Shown here: positions 15,425 through 20,000 of the stretch, in pieces
How the letters are laid out: the number at the start of each line of letters is the position of its first letter
How positions within the stretch are numbered: position 1 is the first letter of the stretch
Source of the DNA: an uncultured virus (IMG/VR IMGVR_UViG_3300005336_000021)
Taxonomy: Duplodnaviria > Heunggongvirae > Uroviricota > Caudoviricetes
Length of the DNA stretch: 20,000 bases
Strand: one strand, 5' to 3'
IMG/VR virus record: IMGVR_UViG_3300005336_000021
Program-made: the position numbers and the translations under genes
The notes under the pieces: generated by a model
Database searches by the model: none
The model's input: the letters and a program-made list of their open reading frames with translations, nothing else
What the model was told of the DNA's origin: nothing

Positions 15425-16056
15425 CGGGAGTAGTATTCACCTTCTTTGAATTTCGTCTTGAGAGTCATCGAGACAGACTCATCTGGCCGATAGCACGCGG
15501 CTGGGAGAATCCTGAAATCCATACTCACTCTAGCCTTTCCCGTGGTATTGACCCTATTCCCATGAGTGAGCTTATTCCCATTGAATTCAACCAGTTGACC
15601 CACCCTCAGCGCCATCGGCTGAAAACCTCCCTTCCCTATGTCTGACTCCACCCACACACTGGCGTCTCCGTCTGAGTTGGTGAGAGGAATGATGTAATTC
15701 ATCTCACCCTCTGGGTGGCCGAACTGGGCGTCATTGTGGAAGGCTCCTACAGCCAGGTTGTTTCTCAGGTGGACTCTGAAGGTTGGGAATTTCTGGTAGA
15801 GGAAAGAAGGACTCATCAGAGGGGCCATCACCCCACTAATGAATCTTTCATAGAGAATCACCATCTCAGGCCACCCAGCATGGTATCTGTCGTAGAACTT
15901 TCGATGGAAAGAGGTCTTGGAGTCTGCACCCACCTTGAAGAGCTCCATGTGTTCTTCATGAAGATCCTCCAGGTAAATAACACCCATCAAATCTGCGATA
16001 GGGGTCACAAAGTCATAACGATTGATGTCGTATTTGATGTATCTCATAAAGGACAT
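15409..16056 (-). CDS. StrG-like 2-oxoglutarate/Fe(II) oxygenase
   Basis: YQKFPTFRVH, FHND (HxD), LTHGN (distal His), RVSMDFR (RxS); alternative start 16047 gives an ATGA overlap. Confidence 0.75.
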   Translation of the reverse strand: MSFMRYIKYDINRYDFVTPIADLMGVIYLEDLHEEHMELFKVGADSKTSFHRKFYDRYHAGWPEMVILYERFISGVMAPLMSPSFLYQKFPTFRVHLRNNLAVGAFHNDAQFGHPEGEMNYIIPLTNSDGDASVWVESDIGKGGFQPMALRVGQLVEFNGNKLTHGNRVNTTGKARVSMDFRILPAACYRPDESVSMTLKTKFKEGEYYSRWNPS

Positions 16057-16688
16057 TTCTGGCGGCGGATGTAGAGTTTGTCACCCCACCCGTGCTTCGT
16101 CATCTTCGTTTCGGCTCCCAAGAAATCAAACCGTAGAAGGAAATCATCAATGTCTCTCACAAACGGACACCCTTTGTAAAGTTCCTTCGTATTCACCTCA
16201 ACGTAGGCGTAGTCAAAAAGCCATAGCCAGTCTCCCATGCCTCTCAAAGCGAGCAACTCAGCCCCTTGGAGATCTACATTCAGGAACCAACCTCCTCCAA
16301 TCTCTATCCCGCGGTCAAACAGGAAGGTGTCCACCCGACTCGTCAACATCCTGATTTCTTCACAGAAGACTGTCCCTGGGTGCTCTTGAAGATGAGTCCC
16401 AAACTCGAGGAACGACGAACTCTGCGATTCGTTGTTGGCGCGCCTGAACACGACCACCTCTCCATCCCTATCGCTAAGACAGGCCTGGAACGCAAGGTGT
16501 CCTGGATATTTCGCAACGTTATTGTAGAGCTGAATATGAATGTCTGGCAACGCCTCAAACCAAATCACCTGCTTGATCCCTAGCTTGTCGTAGGTAGCAG
16601 CCTCCTGCCCCGTGTTAGCACCCAGGTGAAGAACCCCCTTGGCTTTGATCTTGTGCCGGGCGAAGAGTTGGTCAAATGGTATTAGCAT
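16044..16688 (-). CDS. FkbM-family (Methyltransf_21) SAM methyltransferase
   Basis: KGVLHLGANTGQE, WFEALP, QSSSFL, NVDLQGAEL, YVEVN; start moved to MLIPF at 16688. Confidence 0.9.
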   Translation of the reverse strand: MLIPFDQLFARHKIKAKGVLHLGANTGQEAATYDKLGIKQVIWFEALPDIHIQLYNNVAKYPGHLAFQACLSDRDGEVVVFRRANNESQSSSFLEFGTHLQEHPGTVFCEEIRMLTSRVDTFLFDRGIEIGGGWFLNVDLQGAELLALRGMGDWLWLFDYAYVEVNTKELYKGCPFVRDIDDFLLRFDFLGAETKMTKHGWGDKLYIRRQKCPL

Positions 16689-17412
16689 AGCCGTGCATGT
16701 AGCAATTATCCCACGTTCCTGGGAGATCGTTTGGAAAGACTTCCTCACATCTGATCATTCCCAACGTGGGTCCTTTGAAATTCCAAACATGGAACCCATA
16801 GATGCTCTTCTGCAATACCCGCGCAGAGTAATGAGCTTTGCCTTCATCATTCAATTCAGAAAGGCTGCTATGGCTGAGGGAGAGATCATAACTGTCTGGT
16901 TCATAGTCACCAAGAGTAGGCCAAATGCCATCCCATCCCATCAGCCGGATGTATCGCCGTTGTAGCATTGAAGGTTCCAATAGATCGAAAAAGGTATAGT
17001 TCGTTACAAGACCGAATAGTTTCAGGCAATGAGCAAGATTCCCATACCCAGGTCCAATCTCAGCAATTCTGAAAGGACCAATCCCAAAAAGACGGATGAT
17101 CTGGGAGCAGACCAAAACTGAGGACGCCGTTGTCCCAGATAGCTTGTGACCATGAATATTAGCCACATCAACGTCCCACGGACCTCCAACGCGATCTGCC
17201 TCTGCTAATGCGGGAAGAAGATCGAGGCACCTTGGATAAAGACGCATCGCCATTGACCAGTAACGAGGAACATGATCTGCATGTCTATTCTCGGTGACGT
17301 ATCCCAACGTCCTCATCTGTTTGAATTTGTAAAACAATTCATCTGACGTGGCTGCTTTCAGACAGTCAAAAAGCCAGTCACGTTTGATGTCTTCTGGAAT
17401 CATCCAGTTCAT
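16672..17412 (-). CDS. putative sugar O-methyltransferase
   Basis: IAEIGPGYGNLA (SAM motif I), YTFFDL, DLSLSHSSLSEL; pattern of sugar O-methyltransferases from glycan loci. Confidence 0.75.
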   Translation of the reverse strand: MNWMIPEDIKRDWLFDCLKAATSDELFYKFKQMRTLGYVTENRHADHVPRYWSMAMRLYPRCLDLLPALAEADRVGGPWDVDVANIHGHKLSGTTASSVLVCSQIIRLFGIGPFRIAEIGPGYGNLAHCLKLFGLVTNYTFFDLLEPSMLQRRYIRLMGWDGIWPTLGDYEPDSYDLSLSHSSLSELNDEGKAHYSARVLQKSIYGFHVWNFKGPTLGMIRCEEVFPNDLPGTWDNCYMHGYANTI

Positions 17413-18077
17413 TTCACAACCTGGTCAACGTAGAGTGGGAGGAAATAAGCCCGCTGCTCCCAGGTTGCCGGGCCGGCCATGTGGAGTGTGGGCATACCTG
17501 GAACCCACTGAGTTCCATCTGTCCAAATCTCAGGACAAAAACAACCAATCTCATCTGCCTTGCAACCGCGGACGCCAGCGTAGGAAGTCTCTCTGATGAT
17601 CTCATCAAAATACCACTGCTCCCATGGATGGTGAGTGATTATGACACGCTGGTTGGGACGGACACAAGGAGAACCTATCTCACACCTTTCCCTCCATTCG
17701 GTGACGAACTTCCTCGCTGCTTTGGTATTCCGCCAGACCGTCAGTCCGGCGCAGAGATACTTCCAGGCATGCCAGTTCCCTTGCTGATATGCGGCCATGA
17801 AAATGCCAGGGAGGTCTGCAAGATCTCCGATGTCTACCTTATGATTCATGAACAAGACATCAGCATCGGCCCAGATGATCCGATCCCACCCCTCATTCAT
17901 CAAACGGTCAATCTCGTAGACCTTCGAGAAGCTGGGGTGGAGATCTTTCCAGTGCCTCTCGGTGATGACTTCGTGGGCGTAGTCTTTCGCTGCGGCAAAG
18001 TTCTTTTGGTTCTGAATGAAACCGCCACAGTAAGGAGCAATCTCCGGCGTAGCAATGGTTATGATTTTTCTCCTCAT
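17409..18077 (-). CDS. GT34/galactosyl-transferase-like nucleotide-sugar transferase
   Basis: SFSKVYEI, IIWADADVLFMN (DxD), LCAG...W, WEQ, LHMAG; start at 18077 gives an ATGA overlap. Confidence 0.75.
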   Translation of the reverse strand: MRRKIITIATPEIAPYCGGFIQNQKNFAAAKDYAHEVITERHWKDLHPSFSKVYEIDRLMNEGWDRIIWADADVLFMNHKVDIGDLADLPGIFMAAYQQGNWHAWKYLCAGLTVWRNTKAARKFVTEWRERCEIGSPCVRPNQRVIITHHPWEQWYFDEIIRETSYAGVRGCKADEIGCFCPEIWTDGTQWVPGMPTLHMAGPATWEQRAYFLPLYVDQVVK

Positions 18078-18622
18078 GGCTTCATAACCCACCAGCTGGG
18101 CCAGTCCTTCTCTCCTGTTGTCCTGAGCATAAATCTATTCAAAGAAACAAATTCATCCACTGCGGTTTTCACTCCGTAATTCACCCCGGCATATTCACCA
18201 GCCAAGTAATCATGACCGGCAAGAATCCCACCCGGCTTGACCTTGGGCCACCACAGTCGGATATCTTCGCGGGTGGACTCCAGTGTGTGATTAGCGTCGA
18301 TGTAAACGAAATCAAGATCTTGGTCTCGAAAATGAAGGACCGCATCCGATGAGATCTTCCTTATCAACTGGGCGCGACCTTGATACCTCTCAGAAACCTT
18401 CAGGACCCTTTGGTATCGAGCCTCCTGATCATGGTCACCATGCACGCTATAACCTGGGGCATCTTGCACCGCCCAAGGATCAATCAAGTAACACGTCCCA
18501 GGCCAGTGGTCGAGAAGGTAGAAGCTGAAATAGCCTTCAGCCACGCCCACCTCCGCAGCATACCCCGTCAGCCCCAGTTTGCAGAGCAGTGATGCAAATT
18601 CAGTCCTCGTATTGACTTTCAT
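18074..18622 (-). CDS. class I SAM methyltransferase (Methyltransf_24-like)
   Basis: AEVGVAEG, LIDPW, LDFVYIDANH, VKPGGILAGHDY. Confidence 0.9.
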   Translation of the reverse strand: MKVNTRTEFASLLCKLGLTGYAAEVGVAEGYFSFYLLDHWPGTCYLIDPWAVQDAPGYSVHGDHDQEARYQRVLKVSERYQGRAQLIRKISSDAVLHFRDQDLDFVYIDANHTLESTREDIRLWWPKVKPGGILAGHDYLAGEYAGVNYGVKTAVDEFVSLNRFMLRTTGEKDWPSWWVMKP

Positions 18623-18625
18623 AGG

Positions 18626-19354
18626 TTACCATCCTCTCTCAACCAACTTAGTGGGAATCTCTCTTTCCCAAGCCTTTTCACCTGTCCATTCTGGAATCGT
18701 CCCTACCCAGGGCACAGTATGGCCCGTCTCTATGTAGGCCTGCTTGGAACCGCCGCGCAAGCTGATCCGGCCCGGCAACGGGCGGTTATACCAATAGAAC
18801 GGTTTGAATCTTTTCTCGTCAATCCCAACTGAACGGATTCCTAAACTTCGCATTCGCCTATCAAACTCCTGGTCATCCCCGGCATACTCCGGCCGGTAAC
18901 CTCCTACCTTCTCAATCAGACTCCGGCGGTAGGCCCAACACCCATGATAAGCGAAACGGCCGCTCTTGCGGTTGAACGTCTCACTTTGGACCCATGCACC
19001 CTTCACGAAGTCAATGGCTATCCTAGGCTGAACAAACTCATTGCGACTGAGAGCATCGGCAAGAGACTCTAACCACCACGGCATGTAGATATCATCGTCA
19101 TCGGCTTTCGCAATGGCATCGCTATCAAAAGAGGCGAGGGCCATCACCGCATTGTTCTTCTCACCCAGCGAGCGAAACCGGCGTGGAACTGAGATGAGCT
19201 CCCAGCGATCACCCTTCTGGTTTGAATACTGTCCACCATCATCAAGGATTATCAGTTCCCTGTTCTGATAGGTCTGGTGCTCAAAACACTTGATCAGCCT
19301 CGGAAGAAGGTCCGGCCGATTGAGGGTAGGGCAGAAGGCGGTGATTTTCATCAT
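18626..19354 (-). CDS. GT2-family glycosyltransferase
   Basis: FCPTLNRP, QTY.NRELIILDD, LGEKNN, ADDDDIY, VGGY....GDD; start at 19354 gives an ATGA overlap. Confidence 0.9.
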   Translation of the reverse strand: MMKITAFCPTLNRPDLLPRLIKCFEHQTYQNRELIILDDGGQYSNQKGDRWELISVPRRFRSLGEKNNAVMALASFDSDAIAKADDDDIYMPWWLESLADALSRNEFVQPRIAIDFVKGAWVQSETFNRKSGRFAYHGCWAYRRSLIEKVGGYRPEYAGDDQEFDRRMRSLGIRSVGIDEKRFKPFYWYNRPLPGRISLRGGSKQAYIETGHTVPWVGTIPEWTGEKAWEREIPTKLVERGW

Positions 19355-20000
19355 AATCTCTCCCATTGTGGTGGAACGATGTCCTTCGTATCATGCCCAC
19401 CCCAGCCCGGCACAAACCAAAGCTTCGGCATGATGACCCTCTTGGTGGGGTTTCTATTCAACCAAGCCGCCCACCACGAGAAGGTGCTGGCAGAGCAGAT
19501 GTGGTGCTCGCATGAGCTCATCTCCTCAAGATCCTCAACCTCGTTCTGTCCGACCGAGAACGAACAGTCCTTCCTCTTTTCAAAATGCTTCATGCACCAT
19601 TCAATGTCGTCGGAGAAGAAGAGAAAGTGGTGATCTGGGAACAGACTCATCGCCTTCTTAATCCACTCTACGGGGACCTTGGGGTGTTTCTTCACCCACT
19701 TCAGGTAGTCTGTGCGCCGGACATGAACCGAGACGAATTGGGGCTTGAGATCCCAGTCGAAATCAAACAAGTCGAGGATCTCTGTGCGGAACTCTTTGAA
19801 GTATCTTTCGCTTTGCCAATAGCCATCTAGGATGATGTTGTTCTTTTCAATCCACCTCTCTTCAAAGGGAATCTCGTGATAATGAAAGACCTTCTCTTTG
19901 ACGTTGACGAAAGGCAGCGACGGCTCAAAATCCTTATTGACGAGATGAGAGAGATAAACGGGATCACGACGAGGAGACCATGGAACTAAGGGCATCGTGA
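19351..20000 (-). CDS. GT11 alpha-1,2-fucosyltransferase-like protein (5' end probably outside the window)
   Basis: GYWQSERYF, VSVHVRRTDY, FFSDDIEWC, MSSCEHHICSASTFSWWAAWL; frame open to the window edge and the usual N-terminal GxGNQ motif is missing. Confidence 0.9.
   Translation of the reverse strand, partial: TMPLVPWSPRRDPVYLSHLVNKDFEPSLPFVNVKEKVFHYHEIPFEERWIEKNNIILDGYWQSERYFKEFRTEILDLFDFDWDLKPQFVSVHVRRTDYLKWVKKHPKVPVEWIKKAMSLFPDHHFLFFSDDIEWCMKHFEKRKDCSFSVGQNEVEDLEEMSSCEHHICSASTFSWWAAWLNRNPTKRVIMPKLWFVPGWGGHDTKDIVPPQWERL

Noticed and set aside
105..19830. Numerous plus-strand ORFs (e.g. 3242..3862, 5083..5691, 17481..18179)
   Set aside because: All lie antisense to well-supported, tightly coupled minus-strand genes and show no recognisable motifs; treated as shadow ORFs
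14618..20000. Classical Gtr-type serotype conversion cassette or host O-antigen locus
   Set aside because: No GtrA flippase, GtrB, membrane GT, Wzx/Wzy or nucleotide-sugar enzymes in view, and the genes run co-directionally into the head genes; not fully excluded because the cassette extends past the window
1..20000. CRISPR array, IS/transposase, integrase/att site, DGR, recoded stop codons, contractile tail or tailocin
   Set aside because: No repeat-spacer array, recombinase, reverse transcriptase or sheath gene seen; genes are intact under the standard code; a full head module is present

Overview
The whole window is a co-oriented, minus-strand, tightly coupled late (virion morphogenesis) region of a long non-contractile-tailed (sipho-type) phage or prophage. 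Order in the direction of transcription (20000->1): (1) an 8-gene glycan-building cassette (GT11 fucosyltransferase-like, GT2, Methyltransf_24, GT34-like, sugar O-methyltransferase, FkbM methyltransferase, StrG-like 2OG-Fe(II) oxygenase, GT2/GT7C) plus an HTH protein; (2) DUF2213-type prohead protease/scaffold, capsid cement protein and encapsulin-like HK97 major capsid protein; (3) an unlisted 55-aa lipoprotein-like ORF and a 78-aa accessory protein; (4) head-tail adaptor, an inserted Maf/DUF115-like transferase, head closure, HK97 gp10-like and tail terminator; (5) tail tube, tail chaperone with a -1 frameshift and 3' hairpin, tape measure and Dit-like+LamG protein; (6) an intervening block with a lipoprotein, a 65-aa protein, a ~130-nt structured RNA element, a holin-like protein and a complete REC-HisKA-HATPase hybrid histidine kinase; (7) a second Dit-like paralog, a short fibre-like protein and the start of a signal-peptide protein. 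Best candidates for new biology: a possible virion glycosylation/glycan-methylation system embedded in the head genes, a soluble hybrid kinase coupled to a holin-like gene behind a structured RNA, and a hairpin-sequestered small membrane peptide after the capsid gene. Family calls come from motif recognition by eye; no searches were run.
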